The notes beneath the pieces were generated by a model. That model was given only the letters and a program-made list of their open reading frames with translations. It did not search any database and was not told the origin of the DNA. A stretch of 64,000 nt of DNA from the human T2T-CHM13v2.0 reference genome, Homo sapiens. The position numbers were made by a program, and so were the translations under genes. Where the stretch lies: assembly GCF_009914755.1 (NCBI RefSeq), contig NC_060936.1. The stretch is one strand, 5' to 3'. Within the stretch, counting starts at the first letter, position 1, and each line of letters opens with the position of its first letter. Positions 45,695 through 57,941 of the stretch are shown piece after piece.

Positions 45695-46017
45695 TGTTAC
45701 CTTAGTTTGGGCTGTTATAACAAAATACCAAAGACTGGGTAGCTTATAAACTTAATAAATTTATATCTCTCAGTTCTGGAGTCTGGGAAGTCGAAGATTA
45801 AGGCGTTGGCAGATTTGGTGTCTGGTGAGGTCCTGCTTCCTATATGATGGTCTTTTTGCTGTAACCTCACAAGGCAGAAGGGGCAAACCAGTTCTCTGGG
45901 GTCTCTTTTATAAGGGTACTAATTCATTAGGGTTCTGCCCTCATGATCTAATCACCTTTTAGAGGTTCCATTTCCTAATGCCTTGATAGTTAGGATTTCA
46001 ACATTCAGACCACAGCA
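45695..46017 (-). mobile_element. MLT1A/MST-type MaLR solo LTR
   Basis: cttagtttgggctgttataacaaaataccaaagactggg...cagttctggagtctgggaagtc...attcagaccacagca. Confidence 0.8.
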
Positions 46018-46523
46018 CTACCCTACCCTTCCTGAACTTTCTGGCTTTGTTATTGAGTCTGAATTATAACCTGAGAAGTGTCTACCATCAAAGGCTAACT
46101 AAAACTAACTTTACTAAAAATAATGGACTATACCTAGTTATTACTCTTACGTTCTTGGCTATGGAAACTCAAAAGTTACAATAACAATACATTCCATAAA
46201 TGCTGGATCTGTTGTCAATTACAAGACACTAAAGGAGAAACTCCTACCATACCAGTGCCTCTACCCGAATAACATGCACAATGTTTGGACAGCTGGAGGT
46301 AAAAGCCTTTAATGTTCAGAGTATGGCACTCGTTTGTCACAATAAAATTTTTGGGAAATTACGGAGGTAACTGGTTTACATTTAGCAAGTGATATCCCTG
46401 AATTCTTGTACTGTGTTCATGGAAACTCAGCTGCTTATCCTAGGCTGGACTAAAATGCTACCTGGCACTTTGATTCTGGGTGAAACCTCCAGCTTTAACT
46501 TGTGACTTTAAGAAACAAAATAT

Positions 46524-46830
46524 GGACCAAGTGCCCTGGCTCATGCTTGTAATCCCAGCATTTTGGGAGGCCAAGGTGAGAGGACTGGTTGAGCTCAGGA
46601 GTTCAAGACCAGCCTAGGCAACACAGCAAGACGGTGTCTCCACAAAAATAAAAATAAAAAAATTAACTGGGTGTGGGGCTGCATGCCTGTAGTCTCAGCT
46701 ACTCAGAAGGCTGAGGCAGGAGGATCGCTTGAGCCTGGGAAGGTCAAGGCTGCAGTGAGCCATGATTGAGCCACTGGACTCCAGCCTGGGTGACAGAGCC
46801 AGAACCCCTCCCTTTAAAAAAAAAAAAAAG
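46524..46830 (+). mobile_element. AluJ
   Basis: Alu dimer consensus, A-tail. Confidence 0.9.
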
Positions 46831-47464
46831 AAAGTATGTTTAAGACACCTATATCATTTGCTGAGCTCACGTTCAGTCATATATATCTGGCCTGGCTTTT
46901 TTTTTTTTTTATCTTCCTATACTTCCTGGGGGGAAACAGTCATAACAATCTGATTAAGTGAGGTTATGCACAATATAGAAAGACCAAAAACTATTGAAAT
47001 AAGGTAACAATGGGACAACTTCTCTAAATCTGCTTACTACTGAAAGGATGGCCATGACACTAAGGTCCTACAGAATCACATAGCTTAGCCAGCAAAGGAA
47101 GGGTATGTGCTCTTATCAGCAAGGAATGATACCCCTATATTCCTGGCAATTCATATCAAAAATAATTTGCCAAGCTACACCAGACAGAGCTAGGACCTTT
47201 TTTTTTTTTTTTTTTTTTTTACATAGGTGGGTAGCCTTCTATAGGCCCTTTAGCAGTTATAAATTGTACAAGGTATTATTGTGAGGCTAAAAAAAGTTAC
47301 TGTATTATGTATGTAGCAGTAATATTTATAAAATGTTACCTAAGTTGTAGCCTTAAAAGACTCATTTCAAGTGTCTTACTTGGTTATTAAGTATCGCACA
47401 CTGGCAAATAATATGTAAGAATAAGTGACAAGAAAGTTCATGCAGATTCTTTATTTAAATCCAA

Positions 47465-47595
47465 TTTTAGTTTTTTAAAAATAGAGAGAAGGTCTTGCTA
47501 TGTTGCTCAGGCTGGTCTCGAACTCCTGGTCTCAAGGGACGCTCCTGCCTCGGCCTCTCAAAGTGCTGAGATTATAGGCATGAGTGGCCCCACCC
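47465..47595 (-). mobile_element. Alu left monomer (FLAM-like)
   Basis: ggtcttgctatgttgctcaggctggtctcgaactcc...attataggcatgag. Confidence 0.85.
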
Positions 47596-48653
47596 TACCT
47601 CATGCAGATTCTAATTTAAGATAAAATATCACCTGAGAAGTCCCAGACCCTATATTTGAACTCAGTTTTCCGATTACCCTAAAGAAGGGCCTTTTAGCCT
47701 ACTCTAATTCTATTTTTATTTTGCTGATTTTCCATCACTTTTACTAATCAATGATTTCTGTTGAAACTTTTATATACTACTCCTTAAATTAGAAACAATT
47801 CAGATAAATGTATGGTTTTATGCATATTTGCTTAGCAACTAACTTGATTCTGAAAATTGGATTTTTTTAGCAAGACAGAAAGAATGTTTAGTAGAAAAAG
47901 CACTGATTTGGGAGCCAGGAGGCTTAAAGTCTTTATTACACTTTAAGAATGAGCTAAATGTATAACTTAAATCAAGTGCATTGGCTTAATTATTGGAACC
48001 TGAGTAAAGCATATGTTTTCTCTCAAATACGCCCTTTCCCTTCAGTTCAGTAGGGAGTGGGCTAAAAAGGAAAATCTGAATGCTAACATATATGTAAAAC
48101 ATGATGGGAAACTACCCTCTCCCACCAAAACAATGCATGGAGTCGTGGGTTTTAAATAACAGTAATTATTCATATGAGACTCTACACCAAAAAGGGCACA
48201 GAAGTAATTCATGTATTACTAATACCCATTGAACAACTGGAATATGCACAGATTAGGGCAAAACTAGCATTTTTTTTTTTAAAGGTTATGCTACACTGCA
48301 GTCTGAAGTAGTATCCTTAAAGTTCAAATTACACATTGGGCCCACAGATAATACACAAAAACTGATTTGGGATAAATTAGCACAATGTATGATCTCTACA
48401 AAAGCAAGTTCTGGGCCAACACCTACATACACTCGCTAGAAACTGCAGCAAATACAGGCAGAGCAAGTAAGCACAAAGGAGAACAGGAAGATGGCAGTGT
48501 AACCTGGCTACACCATTGCAAACATTCTGATGAATGCCATCCATGAACACAAGCACACACTACTACTCACAAAACGGTAATACATTCATATACATCCCCA
48601 GGCATTCCCAATTAGTGAATAATTATATTTGAAGCCTACTTTAAATTAATATG

Positions 48654-48975
48654 GGCTGACCATGGTGACTCACGCCTGTAATCCCAGCACTTTAGAAGGC
48701 CAAGATGGGCCAATGGCTTGGGCATGCAGATTGCTTGAGCTCAGGAGTTTAAGACCAGCCTGGGCAGCATAGCAAGACCCCTGTCTCTATAAAAAAACAC
48801 AAAAATTAGCCAGGTGTGGTATGGTGCGTGCACCTGTAGTCCTAGCTATTCAGGAGGTGGAGGTGCGAGTGTTGCTTGAGCCTAGGGTGCAGAGGTTGCG
48901 AGCCGAGACTGCGCTACTGCACCCCAGCCTGGGCAACAGGGTGAGACTCCGCCTCAAAAATAAATAAATAAATAC
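48654..48975 (+). mobile_element. Alu (J-type) with small internal insertion
   Basis: Alu dimer consensus, (TAAA)n tail. Confidence 0.9.
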
Positions 48976-50801
48976 ATCAACTAATGTAATCCCCCATCCA
49001 TCCATTTTCAATACATGGCAAACCAAAAAAACAGTTACATGCATTTAATCTAAAATTTTCTGTAAGAATATATTGTATGTAGTTCTTTAGAAATAGATTT
49101 TTGCTTATTTGCCATAATTTTTTTAATTTGATGAACTGAAGTGGTATTCCTTAACTACAATTTCAAAATGTTTTTCCCTACAGGCCAACAACCCACAAAA
49201 TAAAATGCTGCACCTGAAGCAATCCTCCAAACTTACTATCTGTCATTAGCAAATAGAGCTTTAACCTTTTGGGCATCACAGGGTCTTTAAGATGCCCGTG
49301 CCTGCTGAGAACTTCTCCCTAGAAAAATGCAGTAAACACATTCCGTTTCATAGGGCTCCTGGACTTGTTGAACACTATACATAGGCCACAAGTAGAATAT
49401 ATTGTCCAGCTGGGAATATACTATTATTTCAAAAGTCTCTTAGGAATTGGCAGCAAGAAGTGTATGTGCAATGGGTACAAATCCACCCAGGGTTTTGTAG
49501 TTGTGATATTACTACTATTTTTGGTGGCCTCAACTTTAATGGAGCAGAAAAACAACTGAGGTTAGCAAATAGCAGCGTAAAGGATGGATTCAGCTCACTG
49601 GGAAGAAAAAAAATTCCTGCATACCCTAAAGAAACAGAAGCTTCTTTTCAGTTTCCAGAGAACCAGAAGGACCATCATTTATTTAACTTCTGATTAACTT
49701 TGAGTATGATAAGTAGGAAATATCTTTAAATGGGGTTAAAATTAATAGACATTAGAAACAGAAACTACACTCTTATTTAAGCTATCAGTAATCATTAATG
49801 GCTAAATGTTATGAGTATTGTTAATAAGAGGGAAATTCAGTTATAAAAATATAGCACAATACTCTAAAAATTTCATCTTTGTTTAAAATACTTGGAGGCA
49901 GTGTAGTTAAATGCAAAATATTATGTCAGTTATTTTGTACACCTGAAGGACTGTTTATAAATGTTTCTCATACATTATCATGCAAAGATTATTCTAGAAT
50001 ACTTGAGTTCTACATACTACAAATCATGTTAAAGAATCATAGCACCTTTAAAAAATTGTTTACACTGAACTGTTGGATAGAATTTCCCTTAATGTATAGC
50101 AATAAGCTTCAACAATTTACAGTGGCTCAGGTTGAATATCTATTTCGATGCTATATATGAAGAGTTTGATATGTTTTCAGAGAAAAGCAAAAGCTAAATA
50201 ACTTATTATTAAGTCAACACTACTGACTCATGTAGTTATTAAGGAAACTATATATACTTTAATGAAACCTAATTATTACACAATTTTACATTTCAGCTTA
50301 ATTCCTATTTTATTGTTTTGCCAACAAGACTGCCAACTCCTTAAGCATTACAGCTAGTCAAGAATTAAATCTGCATTAAATACAGAATTAATTTGTCTTT
50401 GGGGTTTAATTTTTTTTAATTAATAGCAAAGTGCCATGTCAAGAAGAGTCAATGTACCAAAAAATTAAAACAGAAAATCAAAATTCATTAAAACAATTTG
50501 TTTGCTCAGTAGTATATTTTTTTTACATTCACTGAACATTCCCTTGCCTTTCCCATAATTAAAAAGTTAATTATTGGAATCATATTTTTTGTAGATCCCA
50601 GTTTTCAAACAATGTGATTTAAATGCTTGTTATTAACATTACAACACTTTGAGTAACACTGATCCTAACACTAAAGTGATGCTGTTTTGTACATAATTAA
50701 ATTTGTTACCATTCTAAACAGAATTTTAAATTTAACTCTGTGGTAAAGACCCTGCTTAAGTATTAAAAGTTAGGAACCCTCCAGTCTGAATATTTTTATA
50801 A

Positions 50802-50909
50802 CTTTTTTTGTTTTAAGAGACAGAGCCTCGAACTCCTCGGCTCAAGGGGTCCTCCTGCCTCAGCCTCCTGAGTAGCTGGGACTACAGGTGTGTACCACTG
50901 TGCCCAGCT
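50802..50909 (-). mobile_element. Alu fragment
   Basis: cctcctgcctcagcctcctgagtagctgggactacagg. Confidence 0.8.
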
Positions 50910-51605
50910 TCATTATAACCTTTTAAAGGTAGCAGTTAAGTTTCTTGAGGGTCAAGTCATTCTCCCTCCCCCCATCTCTTGTCCAAATATTCAAGAAATA
51001 TTTACTCAGTGATTTAGTAATCTACATTTAGTAAACTTACATTTAGTAAGTTACAAATATATTTATTACTAAATATAGATTACCATTAATAAATAGTTCC
51101 TTGGTTTAGTATGTTCTCTTAAAGTTTTCAGAAGCTATTAAATATATAAACAAAGTATTAAAATACTATAAACTGTGTATAATGAGCACAGTTTTTAGAC
51201 AACTTTTCAGTGATCAAAACAGATGAAATGAATAAGAATGGACAAATGTAGCAAATTAAACCCATAACAGTTTTAAAAATTCTGGATTAAACAACCCAAA
51301 CAACTAATGAAATCAACTCCCCGTCAAAAGCACATCTGGGAATGCTTCTCCAAAAAATATTATTGTAATTGACTAAAATTTAATTTTTTAGTTGTCTTAT
51401 TAAAAAGTCTTTAATTGAAAATTATCACTTAAAAATCAAACTGGATTTAATGTACAAAGCATAATCTCCAATATCTACTGAAAATAAATTTTTAAAAAAA
51501 TCCCACATTTCTGATTTCTCTTTAAGAGAAAAAAAAATTAAAAAATTCCCCAAAGCTTATCAGATTTTTTGGGCCAAATCATCCAGAAATCTATCTATAA
51601 AAGAT

Positions 51606-51810
51606 TCAGAGTATATTCAGGGCATTAAAATTACCCTACTCTGAAGTAGAATAAACTATTTCCTTATCTTTTAAAAGCTTAGTTATCAACACTGCTTAGA
51701 ATTACCATCAGAGTGTCTGTATTAAGATTACCCTAATCTGCAGTAGAATAAACTATTTCCTCGCCTTTTAAGAGCTTAGTTATCAGTACTCCTTAGAATC
51801 ACCCTAAGAA
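51606..51810. repeat. Diverged tandem duplication, period ~97 bp
   Basis: attaaaattaccctactctgaagtagaataaactatttcc (51624) vs attaagattaccctaatctgcagtagaataaactatttcc (51721). Confidence 0.9.
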
Positions 51811-52349
51811 TGGAAGGGCTTCATCTAGGATTTGATATTGTAATCAAATTTTCAAATAAGACAAATTAGTCCACATAAAAAAGTATAGCAGTAGGTACAG
51901 GCAACAGAAGCCATGAACGCATTCTCGAAGCTCGCCAAGGAATTTTTCTCTAAAATCATCTTTAAGGAAATATCAATTTAACTTCAATAGCCTTGTTTAA
52001 CGAATCAAACTATTTTTTTAAATCTTAGAGTGACCTAAAATCCCAAAATTTCTCCACTGAGTTGGCATACCAATTCCTCAATTTATTTCAGCTGTTGTAA
52101 TCATACACCTGATAATGCTTGATTTGAAACTGGGTACAGTTTTTTAAGGTTTAGTTGAATGAGGGAATTTTTAATTTATCACAATTTCCTGACTAATATG
52201 AAAACTGATGGTAAGAATGAAAAATTCAAATAAAATAACATAAACCTCTAATTACGGCGTGCAGCGTTTGCAGTTACAAAAGCAACACTACATTTTTCCC
52301 ATCATAAGCGCTTTGTCATCAAAACAGTAAACTATACAAATTGGATTGC

Positions 52350-54550
52350 AACAATTTCCACTGTTATTGGTAATTTTTTAATAGGAACACTTTCCATTAA
52401 TGCTTGAAAACTACGAACTACATTTTATTTTATATCTTGTCAAATTAGTTGGAGAATATCTATTGTAAAGCTGTCAGCACATCTCTAACATTACTTTGTC
52501 AGGATCCACCTGCTCTATGCTGCCCACTATAGGAAATGCAATATGGTAATAAGAAATGTAATAGAAGGTTACTTTAGTACAATCTCATAAAAAACATACT
52601 CTGACTCTACTTGGATGCTAAATGTGGTGTTTTTGCAAGAGATACAGACTGATTAGTGGCAATCAAATTTATTAACTGTAAAGGACATCAATAAGAACAG
52701 ACAGGACCAGAAATTGTATCTTGGTGATCCACATGCCAGGAGTAGCGCGGCAGAGGATGGAGAGTGGAACTTAGCGATTGAGGCGCAGCCTGCAGAAAGC
52801 TGCACTTCTGCACTAGAGATTAAATAAGAGGGTCAAAATCAACATAAACTAAACCCTTTTTCAAAGTCATGTAAACACAAATGATTGCTGCAACTGGAAA
52901 ACAACATTGAAAATAAATGATTCGTGTGATGCATATCGATTTCAACAAACCTTTCCTTAAACCTTTAACGTTACTCTTACAAGCAAATACCGTTAATAGC
53001 TTACTTCTGTCTTAATTTTTCTAACCACAGGAAAATTGAAACATAAGTAATCTGATAAACATCAAGTTTTACGTTGATGCTTTTGACCACAGGGTATATA
53101 CAGTGTTAAGAATTTAAATTCTATCCATCAGATATACTTTAGGACTCCATTTTGAAGATAGCCTCTTCTACAGAAAAGAAATTTTTAAAAGTCAATTCTC
53201 CAGTTTCTCATCACATCTTAATTTTTTTAAAAAGGCTTTTAAACACTAGTATCACTCCAAGTCTTTAGCCTTTGATACTTGCTCTGAAAACACACTATCG
53301 TATGTTTGTGTATGTACACACACACACACAACAGTGACTTAAAAGTGGCAACCGCCTCTTGAAAAGTAAAAATATGTCATCCCTCCATTCTGCCCTTAAA
53401 TGAGAAATAAAGACAATAGATTTGCCCACTGCAGACTGGGATACCAGAAAAGACGTTCTAAGTCTCGCCTGAGACAATATTAACCTGCTATCTTAAGTCC
53501 CAACTTGGATGACTTAAATTTCAGTGTACGTGCCTCCGTTCCCACTCTTGCCCCATCAGCTCCATCAGCATCGTCATCCCCGGCTCGGATCCCGGCCGCG
53601 ACCCGCCAGGGCCGCCGGAGTCCGCGAATACCGCCCGCTCCCAGCAACGAAGCTCCCCGGCTCCCGGCCGACCGCGAGTTCCTGGAGCAGCAGCCTCCAA
53701 GGTTCCCAAAGCCCACGATTCAGGCGAGCGGTGCCGACCGGGCCGTGGACTGTGGCATTTTAAAACTACAGAAGTCTCACTGCACGACTGGCGCGGCCGA
53801 GGTGGCCCAGGAGACCCTCCAAGAGATTCTGGTCAGCTGCCGGGAGCGTGGAAGAGCAACCAAAGCCACCAAGGCGCCGCGCCAAGTCCCCGGAGCAGTC
53901 ACCTCAGCTTTCCGTTCTCCCTCTAGTTACAATTACTCCACAGGCTTCTGGCGCTTCCTTCGAGAAAATGAAAAACTAAAAACGCGTAGAGGTGGTAGAA
54001 GTCGTTGGCATTTTCCGTTTAATGTGATCCCCCAGGCTCCATCCCTTAAGTGGGGTTTCCAAACTCGGATGCATCCTCAGCAGAGGTTTTCCATGTTGAC
54101 AGATCTCTCGCCTCCCACAAAATGGGGCCGGGGAGGCGGCCGCGGTCTCCTCTATGGGCGCCGCCATTTTGTGAGGCGGCGGCGGCGCGGCGGCAGGAGC
54201 CCGGGGTGTGTATAATGGTTGAATAGAATGACCCCCTCCAGGGAATCCCCGGCACTGACGGTTACGTAAGGGGCTGTGCGCAAGTGCGGCGTTTAGGGAA
54301 TCCGCACAGCCCGGGCCACGCAGCTCCGAGGCCCACATCTCCACTTCCCCTAAGAGGACCGATGGGGGAAGGGACAGCTGACCGGGTCTTCCTCGCAGCA
54401 GCCTCACCCCTAGTCTTCCGCGGCCGGCGAGCTTCTCCACCTCCCCGGGCCGGGTCTCCGCCCCTCACAGGCTTCCGAGACACTCACTGGCCCTGGGTTG
54501 TCAGGAACTTCCTAGCCACAACCTTATTCCGACCCCACTTAAGAGACAAA
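52350..54550 (-). ncRNA. LINC00938: Divergent lncRNA upstream of ARID2 (boundaries approximate)
   Basis: Separate CpG island, YY1 motif oriented for minus-strand transcription, minus-strand AATAAA at 52668-52673, no recognisable TE; name assigned from recalled locus organisation, not provable from sequence. Confidence 0.6.
53530..54500. promoter_or_regulatory. CpG island 1, with YY1 motif CGCCGCCATTTT at ~54159-54170
   Basis: Sharp rise in GC and CpG density against AT-rich flanks; YY1 consensus match. Confidence 0.8.
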
Positions 54551-56292
54551 CTTTAGTTGGGAAATAAGTCCGTTTCCTAGAGTGAGCACCGGAAGCAAGC
54601 TGCACTATATTACATAATTTTTCACCTCCAAAGCAATGTTCCCATTGGAACGACTACCTGAAATAACCCATCCAGACCCCTACTACCCTGTGACCTTGGG
54701 TTAGGCAGTGACTTTGCCCGTGGTGGCCGTCACTAAAATGGGAATAATAATACGTTTCACGTACTGTAATCTTAATTAACATTTGTAGCAAAGAGCCGGC
54801 TCCAACACCCCTCGTAAATGCAAATTTAGGTGGTAGTATTTGTTGAGATGTTTTGACTCATTTAAGCAAAGGGTTTTTTTAACCTTCAAAATATTTTAAA
54901 CGAGGATTACATTTAAGACATTTGAAAGCAAGGAAAAACGTTTTATTCGGTATTTATTTTAAACGCAGCAATCTTGAAGAGACCTTACTATAAAAATGTA
55001 AACCTTAATTATTATTGTCGAAGTTCGATAGATTGCTTCCCAACCAGTTTAGTTAGTTTGCATAACTTTGCTCATAGAATACTCCAGTTTGATATGTGAA
55101 GCCAACCAGCGGCAAGATGAATTAAGAGCATTACTCTATTTCCACAGAACTAGGACAGACAGTTCACATTGTATTTAACGTATAGTTTGCTAAAGTTAGC
55201 GTGTGGATAATTCATAGAAAATGTGCTAACCAGGCCCCAAAATACTAGCATACGGCTCATAAAAGCCGATTCCTTTAGATTTTACAAAAACAGAAGGTAA
55301 CAAATTGACTTTATTCCGATCTGTGAATGTTGCGTAGCGTGAGGAGCTACCCCGGTGAGCTTCCTTTCCCTTCAGAGCGCCACACCGGTTCTGTCGGGCG
55401 GGCGGGGACTCCGAGGCGGCCCTTCCAACAGCCGGGCCGGGGACGCGAACATCGCCTCCACCCCTAACCCTGGAACAACCGGTAGTGGCCGTTTCCCCGC
55501 ACCGCCCCCCTTTCCGCCGGCTTTGTGTGCGTGTGAAATGTGCGGCACATTGCAGACGAACCCTAAGCCCGGCGAGTCGAGTCTATTGTTCCCCGCGAGG
55601 ATCTGCCGGGGCGGTGTGGAGCCAGGCGCAGTGCCGCGGCCAGCCCTCGGGGGTCGCTGTGTGGCACTGGCTGCCAGGCCGTGGCGGCGGCAGAGAGGGA
55701 GGCTGGCGGGGAGGGAAGCAGGCGGGCGGCGCGCAGCGGCTCAGCTGCCGCCGGTGCTTCTGCCCGGGGACGCCCCGGCCTCAGCGGCCGAGGCCGCGCG
55801 TGAATGTGTGCGAGGGCCCCGCGGAGCCGGGGCCGAAATACACGCTGTCACCGCGCTTTCCACAAACCACCACACAGACCTCCCCCTCCCCACCCCCAGC
55901 CCCGCCTGCCCTAGCCCCGCCGCCGCCGCCGCCGAAACTCTTGGGCCTCTGGCCGCCCAGACCCCTCACCATCGGCTCGCCTTGCCCATCGCCCGCTCGC
56001 GCGCCCCCGGCAGCAGCACCATGTTGAATCGCGTCCCCGGGCTGAGCTGCCTCAGCCGGCGGCGCTGAGAGGCGGGCGAGAGCCGGGCCACGGGGAGGGA
56101 GGGAAGGAAGGGGTGGGGGCCGCGCTCGCCCCGCGGCTTCGCGCGGATCCGGCAGTCGCCTGCCCTTCTAGTTTCGCTCCGATTTCTTTAAACTTTTTTA
56201 GAAATTCCCCTCCCTCCTTCCCTCCTCTCCCCCTGGCCTCCTGCTCCCTCCTTCCCCTCCTCCTCCTCCTCCCCCTCCCTCCCTCCCTCCCT

Positions 56293-56294
<2 letters not shown>

Positions 56295-56330
<36 letters not shown>
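56295..56330 (+). repeat. (GCC)12 trinucleotide repeat
   Basis: 12 uninterrupted GCC units followed by ACC GCC. Confidence 0.95.
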
Positions 56331-56333
<3 letters not shown>

Positions 56334-56422
56334 GCCGGCCCATGACTGAGCCCCGCCGCCGCCGGCCGAGGAATGGGCTCCGGGCTCTGGTAGGAAGCGC
56401 TGGGAGCGGGGGGCGCTTTTAA

Positions 56423-57311
<889 letters not shown>

Positions 57312-57843
57312 TAACAAAAGAAACCAGGACCTGTCTCCAAATAGCCATCTTAGGCTTCAAGGCTAGGCAGAAGCTGTAGGCCTCAAAGAAGGGCCTATGG
57401 AGATGGATAGATCTGGGAGAGGGATCGGAATCGGCCCCAGCCCCGGCCCCCCCCCCAACCCGCGGACGTCGCTGTCCGGAACTGTATTGATCCTTTTGAA
57501 CTTTTTTTTTTTTTTTTTTTTTAGTGTAAACGGACCGCGTTGAGATTTAAAAGGGGGCGACAGAGGGACTTGCGATTGGTTATTGTCCGGGCTTCAAAAA
57601 CAAAACAAACCCACCAAACCCCCCCACCCCCAAACAAAACAAGTGGTATTAAATACAGGGCTCTCTGGTGAAAACACAGTGATTCAAGAAGCCCTTGCTT
57701 AGTAACTCTTACCGATCGATCCGAAACACCCACTGATGCCTTAGGTATCTACAGATCTCTGTAGAATGGGTATTTATTTCATAGTTAGGTTAAGATTTTC
57801 TTAGATTGTTCACGTTCAGACAACTGTGCCTGTGTTTTACCAG

Positions 57844-57941
57844 GTTTCTGAGAAGAATCAGTGGGGAGAAATTGTTGAAGAGTTCAACTTTCCCAGAAGT
57901 TGTTCTAACGCTGCCTTTGCTTTAAAACAGTATTACTTGCG
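57844..57941 (+). CDS. ARID2: ARID2 exon 3 ([33 protein letters not shown]), ARID domain; gene continues beyond the window
   Basis: Acceptor tgttttaccag, donor CG|gtgagt; 98 nt; in frame; conserved ARID W..I and LK..Y residues. Confidence 0.96.

Noticed and set aside
51606-51810. CRISPR-like array
   Set aside because: Eukaryotic DNA; only two units, no spacers, no cas genes
56011-56068. REST-like cagcaccatg and a 15-codon ORF at 56021
   Set aside because: Only the left half-site matches; the ORF is probably upstream of the main TSS, which cannot be established here
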